Positions 25,157-38,945 of a stretch of DNA of 64,000 nucleotides are shown piece by piece; within the stretch, counting starts at the first letter, position 1; each line of letters starts with the position of its first letter. Made by a program: the position numbers and the translations under genes. This stretch comes from Callorhinchus milii (lineage: Eukaryota). The stretch is taken from contig NW_024704743.1 of the NCBI RefSeq assembly GCF_018977255.1, positions 34,164,001-34,228,000 of the forward strand, in the 5' to 3' direction. Under the pieces are notes generated by a model. The model saw nothing but the letters and a program-made list of their open reading frames with translations. It searched no databases and was not told the DNA's origin.

Positions 25157-28100
25157 GCGCCAGGCAAGAGAATTGTTAAGAACCCATTTGCACAAAAACT
25201 GAACTCCTCTGATATTTCATCCAACGCTTTCAAGTTGAATGTCATTTATTCTCGCGACAGCATACATTGGACTCAAAAGGCCTTCATCTGCACTGTGAAA
25301 ATGCACACAAGATCGGACAGCAGTTTTCCCCGAACCCGCACCGTAAAACCGTCAACAAAGACAAGGAGATCAATGGTGCAATACATTGGTTCTCTTATGG
25401 CAGTGGTAGGAGGTGGAATGGATCATGTCTCAGATTCCTCACTTACTGAGTCTTCAATTCAACATCAATATCAACAACTTGCACTTATACCATTCACGAA
25501 GATGAACATCTTCCAAATATTTTCATTAGAGGTTTCTTTAGTATTTCCTCTAACCTGATAGCAGTGGAGGAATCGAGAAAAAATTCAGGAGCCAAACTTA
25601 CCTGATTTTCAGGCACACTTTTCAGCATCACCACTCTTCCTCTTCTGACATCCTCCTTTTCTTCATTCTTGTTTTCTTCAAAATCCCAAATCTTATCTCT
25701 TTGATTGCACCTTGGGCCACCCACCTCCCACCCAATTCAGGCTCCCTGTGAGATGCTCTTGCCACTTGAAAAGTGCCATTTTAGTGCAAGTTGTTGTTAT
25801 TTGAGTATGAGAGAAAACTACAAAAAANTTAAAGGAGGTTTGCATATGCACAAACATTGTCGCACTTACGTGATGACTTCACGTCATCACAGAGGGTAAT
25901 TTGCCACTGGTAATCTGGTCTCCAGAGGCTCTGCTTTTCATGACAACTTTCAGGGCACTTGAACCAAAATGTAAAATTGAATCTTGGATACAGCAAGAGG
26001 AAATCATCCTCAAATCCAACAATTACTGAAAGATACCCAGGTGGAGGTGCCATTGTATGGACATACGGTCAAAGCAGAATCGGAAACATCCCAGTTGGGA
26101 ATGCCCCTACAACCTCCCCAAACCCCTCACCAAGCCAGTGAATATTCTGCTGACACTCAGTCATGCCTCTTGAGTGAAGTACAATGAAGTGCTGGAAACT
26201 GACTTGTGCTTGATTAACAACAACTTGCATTTATATAGCAACCTTCACGCAGGGTAGTAACCCAGAGCGCTTCCAGTTTAATTTCAGGGAGGACTCAATG
26301 CTTTGAAATAAGAGGGAAGAGAAAAAAAAAGTCTCTATTTGCATTTGTTTTCAAATCATCTATTTTTGTCTTTCTACCAATAGAAGTACGTCTGTGTTTC
26401 TTGGTGGGCTCAGCACCACTGAGAATACAGTTTCAGCTATAACCATTCTAGACAGAATCCTAGTGAGCACCACTAAATCTGTTTAGTCAGTTTACTCATT
26501 CTGAGAAACACAATGACAAATAGCAACTTTATTGGACAGGAGGGAGAGGGAGGGTGAACTGAAACAAGTCATTCAAGTGCTGATTTCTTTCACAATGATA
26601 GGTAGATGGAAGTCTGCCAGCTAAACGGATTGGCTGCTATTCAGATATGCTAAACTTCTTTGGACTCCCAAGTTCTTAGTTAGAGGGCCCTATCAGCAGC
26701 TCTGTTTAATGCTTATTTTTTTCAAGCAAGTTTACTTTTTGGATGGTTTAAAGAAACTGTACTTTTTGTGAAGTGAAGTAACCTTACGATCTCACCCATT
26801 TAGCACTGAAGACCATTACAGACTAATCTTAATTAATTGTGAAACAAGATTTAAATAAAGTCTCAAGGGATTTTATTTAGTGCCCCCCACTGCCACCACA
26901 AAAAACACAGGCTTCAGCCAAGCAGCATGAATCACTTGTTTTAGGCTCTATACTGATCCGGCACTTCATACTATGAGTCTAATTTTATCTGGTCGCTGTG
27001 ACATAAGGCCTAGGCCCAGAAGAACAGTTCATTTGTTTAAATAATAAATATTAATGCCAGAACTCAACCAGGTGTGATCTCATGGTTCACGTTACCGGAT
27101 TGAAAGGAGCGGTTGGGGTGGGAGAGAGAAGAGGAAAATCATTTGCTTACTAGCATTACTCCGTAATCTTGCCCACAGGCATGTTTTAAGTAAAAGGTTC
27201 CAAACAATGCAGGAAGACACCCTTAGTGCAGGGGATGAGCTTTTTACATCCTATGGGCAATCTGCTGAGAAGATGTAAACCACCTCTGTGTAAGAGACAA
27301 TTCAAAATTGCAAATTCAAAAGTAGCCACCTACCAATCCATATAACAACGTGTACTTATATAACACCTGGACATTGGATGAACGTCTCCATGGACTTTAT
27401 AGAGATATTAGGAAGAGCATTGAGCAAGGAGGCAAATCAAAATTTAAATTGGGGCCTCAAGTGAAGCAACTGACTAAAGCCAGAGGAAAATCTTAAATAA
27501 TAATACCTGCATTTGATAAAGCGCCTTATCACGTCTTCGAGACGTCTCAAAGCGCTTCACAGAATATACTGTAAAGTGAATTGACTGTATATTTTGGGGG
27601 TTAAAAGTTAATGTGAATTAAATTTAATCATAAAATATCCAGTGTAGGGTATACTACCTTAAAAATACAAATAATTAACCTGAAGAAAGAACAGAAGTAG
27701 CTGCTGTATCTATCGGGATCCAATACTCTTCATCATTGGTTAACATTTTACAGGGGCAGAAGCTTCTAATATTGTTTGGGAACCTTACCACCTCTGAATG
27801 CTGAGTGTCTAATCTCACTCGGGAAACACTGACTGTTCACAAGTTGATAACCTTGAGCTTTGCATCAGACAATTCACATTTTTTTTCACAAAAATAATAA
27901 TACAAGGATTCCCAAAAAACATCTTTAAAATTTAAAACATTTTGTTATGAAACACCAATGTAAATAGGTGACTCCTTTAGTTTTAAATGAAAAAGCAAAC
28001 ATGCTGAATGAAACTCAACAGCCTGGGACACATCAGCTCACATCTCCCTTTCCTACTCGCCGTCAATTTAATTTAGTGAAAAATCAAACAAATATCCATC

Positions 28101-31100
28101 TTGATAAACCTGGATTGATTTCCCAGCACATCTTAGCTACAATTTTAGTAAACAAGTAACAGACAAAAATGGCCAATGTCAAACAACCACTGAAAACAAA
28201 ACAAGGTTATTTTTAAACACTTCATTACATTCCCATAGAGAGACCTTCTGCAATGTTAATATGTTTAACTACCTGAATTCATTTACCCACTGAAAGACAA
28301 AATATTAAGTGCTAACTAGCTGCACCGAAAAGCAAACACTGTGCAGAAAGCACGCGAGCAACCAACAGGCCTCGATATCTAAAGCAATCATCATTGAGCA
28401 AGAAACCTAATTGGTGTCTGTATCCTCTACATCACGTTGGATTACATTAATCACGCATTATTCATGAATTAATTGGTGATGACCTGTACAAATTTGCATT
28501 GTTACATTGCAGCCTAGACCAACCCCTTTATACAGTGGAAACTCACTACTCAGCACAGCCAGTAAGTAGACAGATTTTTGTCATGATCAGTACAGTGCCC
28601 ACATTGTGAATTTGGTATTGTGGATGTCCTCCAAGGTGAAAGGCATTGTATAAGTGTAAATCGTATTGTACCTTTGTCACCGTCAGTTTTAAATTTAAAA
28701 AAATTGTGAACAAGTGGCCTTGAACGGTGAGTTGCTCCAATCACCGTGAGATACACTAATAAGACTGATGAAGACATCTTTCAATAAATCTCTAAGATGT
28801 TTTTCTTTAACAATAAAATAAGCATTGGAGTTCAAAGCTGTCTAATAAATTAGTCTAGTAAAGAAGTGGCAAGTACTGAAATTGGTTGGCATTTGGCACA
28901 TTCAGAACCTACTTTACTGGATCAATATTTCCCACACACAATCACTAATTAGTCTCGAGCGAAGCAGGAACCTACAACCCATAGACTGTGAGACACATCT
29001 TCCCTTCCAGTACTGTAGTATAGCAGCACTATTGTTTCTCAATCAACTCATGTAATTAACTTCAGCAATTTTATTTTGATGCAATGGTACAATTGTGAGA
29101 TTAGAAAACAATGTACTGTGGCTAGAGCATTAAATTGTTACTCTATTAGTGATCTGTTGCACTACTTGAAGTTTCTAAGTGGTCATTACGTGCCTTTAGT
29201 GATCATTTAAGTAAATGGACATGGTATGTTCCAGGTTGCTCAATGGAAAAGACCTTTTGCGTTACTGTGACTCTATGTACTGCAATGCATCGATCATCCA
29301 CAGATACCAACAAAGAAGGCAGCAAATGCATTCTTTACAATTGTGGCCATTTCTCAACTTTGAAATGGAGCTCATAATGGTTCTGATTTCAACCTTAACA
29401 AATTGATTGTAAATAAATATGCATTCACACACAAGTAACAGCATTTTTCCTTCATCTCTTTCTGAAGGCATTGATTCATGCTGAATACAGCTTTGCAGCT
29501 GCTTGGCACTTTTTATTCTCTCCCCCCACCCCCAAAAAAAACCTTACTGTATATGGACATTCTTCATGCACAAGCCTGGACAGGGAGTGTCAACAGGAAT
29601 TAGAACTGAGCCCATTCAAGTCTTCACTTGATGTCCAAACTCAAACACAATGGGGGGGGGGCGCGGAGGAATCAGGAGCAGGAAACCCTGAAGCTGATTT
29701 TTCCCTGCCTCGCCCATGTTTGTGGAGCTTGGTTACAAGCAGGGATGCTAACTCTCATTGTAAAAAGAGTCTGCATCAAGAGTCTGAATTGACTAACATC
29801 AAGTACCAACTGGGACAACTTTTATTAAAAATCATAGGGCGAGCCAGATCTCCAGTCACTATGGCAAGGACAGGATATGAAATGTGGGCGGACAAGCTGT
29901 GACTGAGCGTTCCCACACCTCCTGCCACCTGACCCTAGATACCAGAGCATGGCACGGTGACAATTGCAATAAGTTCTCAAGCAGCTGCAGTGAACTGCAA
30001 CGATTTTGCAGGACACAATATTGACTAAGGCGTGGAGACATCAAACAAATGCCTAAAATACATAATTATTCGGAAAACACATTTTAGAGAGATGCAGAAT
30101 AATTATTATGTTGGATTTTTTTTCAAAAAGGCAATTCTTCAACGCTAGATCATCGTTTAAGGCAGATATAGAATCAATTTTCTTTTTGTTTAGTAATGAT
30201 TAGCAATTTTGAACAGAAGCATATCCACCCCCAAAAGGCAGTCTTTGATCTTGACCCTGGAGCGTTAGAGCCTGTGATTCAGGTCTGGTAACTCATTTTA
30301 CGTATGAATGAGTTTGTCTTACTTGTAGCCTCTATCAGACTGAAATCCAAATAGAATGGAATTATTCAAGATGTGAGAGTATTGGAGTTCTGGCTTGTAC
30401 CCTGTGCTGCTTTTGAACAATATTACACCGGTGATGTATAACTGACTGAAAGCTGCTTCAGAGATTTGGAGAGGCGTGAAATGTGCACCAGGTGAAACCA
30501 AACCCAATTACATACAGACATTAATAACAACGACTTGCAATTACCCACTATCACCATTTAATAACACGTGGAATGCCTGTAGAGTCAAAGACCTTTTGGT
30601 AAAGGTTCTTTTTATTTGAGATGCATTATATTTGCTAAGTTACAATAATGATTAGATAAGATACAAATTCATAGATGTTATAGCACACGTAGAGGCCAAT
30701 TGGCCCATTAAAACTACACTGATGCTGGTCTTTTGCTCCCCTGCCCCTTTATTGGAGCTATCAACTTTAACAATACGGTTAATTCACTTTACAGTCTATT
30801 CTGTGAAGCACTTTGAGACGTCGAGAAGACATGAAAAGCGCTACATCAAATGCAAGGATTATTATTATTATAATCCTATTTTTCTGCTATCCTTTTATAT
30901 TAGGGTTTAACGTGGGAGGTTTGCAAAAAAGTAAATCCTGCAGATATCTCATGTGTCACATCTAAATGTTTTGGACCCCACTTGTAAACAGACCACTTTA
31001 TAAGTTGTGATTATAAAATAACTAGAAGGGATTCAAATGCAATTACTTTCATGTTATACTATCTGCCACCTTCTCAGAAACACTGACGATTTTATGAGTG

Positions 31101-34100
31101 GATATTACAGTCACTTCATCCTTAATTTTACTTTTAAAAAATCAGCAATTAATCTACATTACAACAATGGACTGGCTGAGGCATCTAAATCACTGTGCTT
31201 CCATTATTAATGCCTTTTCCTGTGAGCTAACCCTGTGAGGCACAGACTCATGAAATATGAATTAATAAGTCGTTTTTTTTAAAAAAGGGCATTTTTAAAT
31301 ACATAAGATTATCCATACACTTTAAAATGAAACAGACATATATAGTCTGGGAATGATTTAGATATGTTGCCGAGCATTTGTTTTAAGATAATTTCAGAGA
31401 ATTTAATTGATTTTGAAATCCCACTAATTGAAAGCAGATCAGTTTTTTCCTTTGATACTGGGTCCTCACGGATCTGTACAAGTAAAATGATCTAAATTCC
31501 AGCTGTAAAAAAGATCCACCTAAACTTATTGATAGAGGGTAGGCACGAGAAGATCAGGAGGTGTGTTTCAGAGCCAATCCACAATTTGATAACACTGCTT
31601 TCGGCAATAGCTCAGCAGAGTTACAAAGGGAAGAGAAGAGGCTTCATTGGAATAGATGGGAGGCAACAGACAGGCGTTTTGTGATCAAGTATTTCTAATA
31701 TAACTTCCTGCTTCATTCTCTAGATCTCAAAGTTGTTTACAAAGAAGATTTATAAAGAATGTACAGCACGGAAACAGGCCACTGGGCCTAACCAGTCCAT
31801 GCTGGTTTGATACTCCACACAAGTCTTCACCCATTCCTTATTCCCTCCCATACCCTTCTATTCCTCTCTCCCTCATGTGGCAACTTGACCCGGTAGCATT
31901 GTTACAATTCTATTCCATCCATTTTTAATTTGGTCTGGTCTGACAGAAATGACAAATTGATCGACGTGCAGTCATATGTAATCAAGCCAATTGTGGATTG
32001 GTTAATGAAAGGAGTCACAAAGTGACAGCTCTGAAAGACAGACGCCAATGTTTATCAAGCATTACATATTGGCCTTATGGGTCACATTGCTAAGCAGCCA
32101 AAGAAAACACAACAACAAAATTACATTTGTATAGCGCCTTTCACATCAGGAGGACGTCCCAAGGTGCTGGACAGACAGAGTTACGGACCTAAAGTGGGGG
32201 TCGGGGTGGGGAGCAGGGAGATCGAAGTGTTGGTTTGTGCCTCAAGCATTACAAATTGTATATGTTTTCTACTAAAACAGTGGTGGCCAACCTTTTTGAC
32301 TTAACTACTGGGTGCCCATCCTGATGTCCTCACCAAACATCAACACTGGCACGTCCTCCAGCAGCAGTCTCTGGTTAAGATTAGCGGTCAATTGTAACAT
32401 CCTGGCTGACATCAAACAACTGAGCACTGACCAGGGAACAAACTCGGTCTGCAGAGTCCAGCTGTTTAATGAATAAACTCGCTGAGTCATGAGAAGAGCT
32501 GACCGCAGCACAGATTTTTTAAAAAAGTAAATGCCCTCCTCTTCCCCCACCCAGGGGCTTAACTTGGTATTCGGTCAAAAGACAAGGAAATCTCTGGCTT
32601 TCCTCCTCTAACAGCTAACAATTAAGGATGTGTAGTGCAGTAATTGAAAACAAAGGATTCTCCACAAAATAGAGAATTAAAGTAAAACTCTCAGTCAAGG
32701 TCAAGCACACAATCCTTTCACCTCAGAATATCTAGTCTTTCTGAATTTCTATTCTGCTTATAAATTACTGATCTTCTTTCATGCTTTGAAGCCTTGTTCA
32801 GTCAATGGAAGAAAATATAATCAGTTTAGTGACCAACTGAAAAAACACACATTAGACTCCAACAGCCAGGTACGGTTGAAATCATCTCCTCACTCCCCAT
32901 TAACATTATTAGGAGAAATCAGGATATGCCATGTCCAAGTTATCTTGCACGTCTTTTGCATTCCTTCGTGTGACCCTGTTGCCAAACATTCAGTCTAATG
33001 CTGCAGATGTCAGAGGTATTGGCAGTTTAGCATCAGTAATGTAAGCAGCTAAACAGAGTGACCTTCTTCCACCTGAGCAAAGCTCAGTAATTGTCACTAC
33101 AAATTCACAGTAATTACTTGTGAAGCGCCTTGAGACATTTTCAAATATTAGATTACTCTAAAAAGCAGTTATTTCAGGTTATTTCTTTGAAAGTAGAGTG
33201 ACAAAAGGCCATTTCGTCCATCAAACCACGCATAATCTATCCAATTCACAGGATCTCTAGAGACTTCCTGGTGGCCAAAGACAAGCAAGTAAACCCTTCA
33301 GAATATTCAGCCATCCCCTCAACTCCACTAAGCACTCCGAAACCCTACCCCATGAAGGGCAATATATGAATGCAAGTTGTTGTTGTGAGGCACAACCTCC
33401 ACCCCAGACAAAGGATTCCATCGGGGCTCTTTCTGTGTTTCTCACTGTAAACAGTTCAGAGTCACACAGGTGAAGAAGTGTAAGAGCAGGTGTCTTACAC
33501 TTTTCTCCCTTTTAGCCACAACAATCCCCCAGATAAGATTAGTCATTCACTTCACGGCTGATTGTGGGACATGCTGTGTGCAAATTGTCTGCAACGTTCA
33601 CCAAAAAAAAAAGCATAAATCACTATACTTTACAACAAAATCAGGCATCCTCCCACCTCTCATCAAATGCAAGGAAATTTATTATTTTATCTTCATGTCA
33701 CAGGATCAATGCCTTTCCCTTTTTGATGCATTGTTGTATCATTCTTTTAAGTATCAATAAACAGCAAGTGAGGAAACAATAAGTGTATAACAAGTCTGGG
33801 CCTTTCAGACAATGTAAAGCTCCTGTCAACAAAATGAAACAAGTACCAGTCAACACAATATTCAAACCTTTTCAGAAGGCAGAAATATCATACAATTGAT
33901 TTCATACCAGAAGGCTGAGTTTCATTTAAATGACTCTCTTTATTAGTCATTAGATCCACCTACTCATCAGATTTGTTCACCACACAGTCATAAACTATCC
34001 TGCACTTATCGGTCAGTTGCCTAATCCCACCACAATCTCCCATGAAATGAAAAAATGACTAACACATTATGTTTTACCATTTGCATTGCATGTCTGTATC

Positions 34101-35602
34101 AAACAACACTTTTGTTACAAGATACCTTGACAAGATATCACATCTCAACAAGGATTAGAAAGGGGGAAGGAAATATAAGGGAGAAAAAATCTTTTTTTTT
34201 CTTTTTAAAGGATCATAAGGTCTTATATGCAGCATTTCTCAATATCATTGAATTTGATATTTCTCAATTAAATTTTGTCTGATGAAATTCCTCATTAAGG
34301 AATCTGAGTCATGCAAACAAGGATTCTTTCCAGTAACTGGAAGTATATCATTCAGACCCACAGGAACTCCAGGGCTGACATCACCCGAGTTCCCCTGAAT
34401 TGAAGGGAAGTATTGTTAAGAAATACTACTAAGAAATACTGGAAATTAGACTTTGTTCTGTCAGTAACTGCAGAAATTTTTCTGACCTTCTCATCTCAAA
34501 AAAGCAGTGACCACAAATGGTCTGTTACCATGGATATTGGTAACTTTTAGCCACCTTGCTCGAGGAGCAACTTTCAGGTTGAGCATCGACAGCAGTAGAT
34601 AGTTGGGTGGCGACAGTAGGAAAGATTCCAGACTCGAGATCCTGTCCTCACCCAACCTCCACGCACGGACACTTCCAGTAGAGTTTATTTAATGAGGAGT
34701 TAGAAACCTGGTTATTTCTCCCATCCTAGACAATGAGGTTCCAAACCCTCAACATGGCTGACAATCAGTGACCCGGTGCCTTCCTGGTCGGTATGCTAGG
34801 CAAAGCTTTCAAGCAGCGGTAACACTTCAGAAGCGATACCCTGCATTGATTTCAATCATTCAGATTAACACAGTACATGAAGGGGAAACGTAAACATTCA
34901 GGATACAACTCAACCCAGCAGTTATTTGGCTTAACTTTTAAATATACTACATGGGTTAACACTTTGCTATCCAAGCAACCCTTATGGTACAGCACATTAC
35001 TCTTGTGTTAAAAGCCAATGGTGTTAGAATATAGGTTCGAGCCTTGTGATTCCCTGTGTGCCAATTGCTGAGTCTTCATCACAGCCACTCGAGGTGGTAA
35101 AAGGAAGAGGGTGCAAATAAATTTGCAGAAAATAAGTGTAATGAACTATTCTGAGGTTGCTCTAAATTTCAGCCCTTGGAACACAGGTCCCCAAGTCTGA
35201 GTGAAATAGAGAGCACTTCTTTAGCTTGGCATGACCCATTTGAACATATGAAAAGCTAAGTAATATAGAGAAGAGTATGATGCAATTTCTTACTAATTTG
35301 CAGGGTACTGGATTGGTTATAATGATGTGCTGCTGCTTCCAATGATCAACTGACCGTGGGGCCCAGCATTTCAAAGATTTGTTCCACCAAATAATCAAAG
35401 GCATTCATGAGCGAGCCAAGTCGGGCCTGGTCTTATGGCACAGTGCATTACTAGGGGAAAACACATTCACAAACTGTTCGATAATAAACTGGATGTTTGA
35501 TACGTATTCGCCAACATATAAGAACAGAACAACAATATAATGTCAGTTGTAAACGGTTCCATTACTCCTGCACTTTTTCAGCTGAAAGAAATAGGTACAT
35601 AC

Positions 35603-35713
35603 CACATAGGTGCAGCTCTTCAGCGGGAACTCATCAGAACACAGCCCTCTGCGGCACGTCCATTTGATCGCAGGCCTGCTGTATGTGTCTCAAGAACGCA
35701 AGGCAACAAATGT
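35603..35713 (-). other. Putative internal 5' UTR exon (111 nt) of the same minus-strand gene
   Basis: Minus strand shows a pyrimidine tract and acceptor gttctctcttttcgtgttctccAG|ACATTTG and a donor TATGTG|GTATGT. Locally GC/CpG-richer unique sequence. Stop codons in all three frames, so it is not an internal exon of a main CDS. Confidence 0.65.
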
Positions 35714-36244
35714 CTGGAGAACACGAAAAGAGAGAACACTGATTATGCACAATTACTTGGGCGATGATCATTGAGTTACATTAAATTTTCACTATAATAC
35801 TGATTGTATATTCAACACTGACTTGCACCCGTGCGGAGAGAGAGAGGATGCCAATATTTTCCAAGTTTTCTATTCAAAATAAGAGCAAACTTCTCTGTGT
35901 TTTTTTTCTTGTCCACAATATGATGCTATTATAGAGAACTGCTATTATAGATTGCTTAATAAAGTACGATTGAAATTGTACAAAAATGTACACATTCCCG
36001 CTTTGCTTGTCCCATGCTAGCCTTGAAAAGATAAATTCCAACCTTTCCCTCCCAAGGGTTTTAGTGGTTAAACATTGCTAGGGCAAATAGACCAGAATCT
36101 CACATGGGCTTCAATATCAAAATTTAAAAAACGTGTTAATTAATTGACTTTACAGTATATCCTATGAAGCGCTTTGAACTGTCTCAATGACGTGATGAGG
36201 CACTATATCAAATGAAAGGATTATCATTATACTATTATCAGGAA

Positions 36245-36530
36245 AGAGTTAGCTGATCTCAGTAACTAGGGTTGCTGCAGTTGCTCCCAATGCCCCTGAG
36301 TTGATCATTAATTACCCAGCGACTCTACTGGAAGGATCATATTTGGATGAAGACATGGTGGGCTTGGCTGGATTCTCACACGGTCGAATACCCTGTCAAC
36401 ACTCACTCAAGGCTCATACATAAACAATGAGCACGCAGGCGAGTTACAGGAAGGCAGACAACACCCATAGAACCGCACACCAGCAGCAAGAAAAAGTAGG
36501 CAAATACCTTCAGAAGAGGAGAGAATTGCT
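36245..36530 (+). mobile_element. Old interspersed SINE-like repeat (family unnamed)
   Basis: Shares colinear blocks (gagttagctga; ctgctggaa; gtc(g/a)aata; cacat(g/a)aa(t/c)aatg) with 58215-58490 (+). Weaker minus copies near 34545-34800, 29590-29800 and 32290-32450. Confidence 0.6.
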
Positions 36531-38541
36531 GGAGAAGTAAAGTACCAAAAACAGGGTAAATCTCAGCACCACCACAGAAACAAAATTGTTATACTACCAT
36601 CCATCATCTTTACAGATGTGCAGCACAAGCTAAACGTTTGGTAAAGAGCTGGATTTTGGTGCTTTACTTTAAACAGGAATGCAGTTGAACCCTGATAAAT
36701 GTACACGTGGTTTTGCCAAGACATTTTATGCTTGAATCAGAACTTTTAGAAAGTAAAAATCAAACGATTTGCAGTTCTACATAAAACAGCCCATATAATC
36801 ATTTATTCTGCAATTCAGCCTGAACAGAAGTGGAAAACATCGTTACAGAAGAATATAAAATTCTCTCTCTCCAGGGAAAAGCAAAGAACCAACTACCCTC
36901 TTGAGTTCTCTTGAGGTGTGCCCTCTTGAATTTTCTGCTCTCTTGAATTATCTTCCCAAATCCCTTCATCTTGAGCTTTTCATGCTGCCTTCAAAACCAT
37001 TTTAAAACCTATTTTTGACCATATGTTTTGTCAAAACACTTAAATTCCCCCGCTTCACCTGCCCCCTGTGATACCCCATCATCATTGTGAAGCACTTCAA
37101 GACATCTATGCAATGTGAAAGTCCAAGTTTCTGCAGTCTAACCTCAAGGATTTATACTTCACTAAATGGCATATTACCAATCCATCAACAATTTGTATTT
37201 ATATAACGCCCTTCACGCCAGACGGTAAATGCATATTTCCAATCCAAAGTTCTATATGAACCACAGTAAATATTATTGTAAGGATCACTTACATTTTGCT
37301 GACATGAACTCGCACCATTATCTAAAACTAATCTACTAAACTGTCTGATCATTTGTCCACAATATATCCAAAAGCATTGAAGCTTTCTGTACAGAAAAGT
37401 TATCCGCTCTGAAAGCAAAGCTGCAATGCCTCACAAGAACTGAAATTCACCACAATATCAAAGCAACACATCTACGAGGCACAGGCAAATTCTACGTCTA
37501 GAGCTAGACTTTTTTTTAAATTCTCTGAATTAATCACTTGAATCTCAAGAGTGTGCGGTTTGCTTTGGTTCTGTGCTTCGCAAGTTCCCACTCACTTAAG
37601 TTGCCTAAAAGACGGACAGCAAAAGATGTTATCTTATTCTGGCTATTTACTCCAGACACTTGGGGAGGAGGAGGGGTAGGGGGAAGAGGAGTCAGTGCAA
37701 CTTTTAATTCTTTCAAGAACCCCACACACATCGTCAACCACACAACCCAGTGCTGAATTGCATCTGCCACATAGTCATTACTGGCCGACACCACAAACGA
37801 CAAACAAAGGGCATGTTCATCTACACCCACTTTAAAAGTTACTTTCTGTCCTGCTATATTTTAAGATTCCAGATAAAAGAAATGAAGCTGCATTTGGGAT
37901 TAAAAACAGGTAAAATCTTCCACAACCCTTTCAATTCTGCATGAATAAGTCTTTTTTTAAAAAAAATGCGAAGATTGTTATTGGATTGCAGGATCGGTAA
38001 TCCAATGATAACAACAGCCACCTGCTGCAAGATATTTTATTTAAGTAAAGAGTTTAAGTTAAAACATAAAGTGCCACTGCCCTTTCTTCTAAAAAAAACA
38101 ATTCACACTGCAGCTGATACAACACTTACTACAGTGTAAGTTTTTCCTACAGACCAATTATAGCAGCAATTGAATTGAGTTTTCAGAGTAAACCATCACA
38201 GGAACTCAAGCCTTCCTGTAAAACTTCTCAAAATTGTGTGTGTGTATTTGGTGGGGGGGATACACGGACAACGCCCCTTTTAACCAGTGATCCCTCCTCA
38301 GTCCAGGACAAACTTCAAAACTGCAGTGTGTGTGAGATTCAGACAGCCAATCTCCCTGACAGTACAACACTGCTCAGCTCTGAGCAGTGTGTTTACTTTT
38401 AATTCAACATTTTAAAGCAGACACAAAACAGAAAGCACTCCGAGAGTCTGCCCCGCGTGAATGCCACTATATAAATGCAAATTGTTGCCCTGGTCAGACA
38501 AAGCATCCTGCACTATAAGAGAGGTGTGTGTACAACAACAA

Positions 38542-38945
38542 CAACAAAATTACATTTATAGAGCGCCTTTCACGTCAGGAGGACGTCCCAAGGCGCTGGA
38601 CTGTCAGGGGTCAGGACCCAAGCATGGGGGAAGGGTGAGGGAGAGGGGAGGGGAAGGCAGAGAGGTGGGAGGGCGACTGAAGGCACGATCGAAGAGGAGG
38701 CTCTTGAGACCCGGTCTTGAAGGAGGCAAGGGAGGAAGCGATGCGAAAGGACCATGGGATGGATTCCAGAGTGTGGGGGCAGAGAGGCTGAAAGCCCGGC
38801 AACCGATGGTAGGGCAGGTCGGGCGGGAGACACGGAGCAGACCGGAGTCTGCTGAACGGAGGGAACGGGCAGGTTGGTAGGGAGTCAGCAGGTCAGAGAG
38901 GTAGGAGGGGGCAAGGCCATGGATGGCCTTGAAAGTGAGGATGAA
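38542..38945 (-). mobile_element. L2-type LINE 3' end
   Basis: ILTFKAIHGLAPSYLSDLLTPYQPARSLRSADSGLLRVSR...RAFSLSAPTLWN; (TTG)n tail at 38542. Confidence 0.9.

Noticed and set aside
25082..25558. 158-aa plus-strand ORF
   Set aside because: No recognisable domain; it starts in the tandem duplication, overlaps an L2-like tail and lacks plus-strand gene context.
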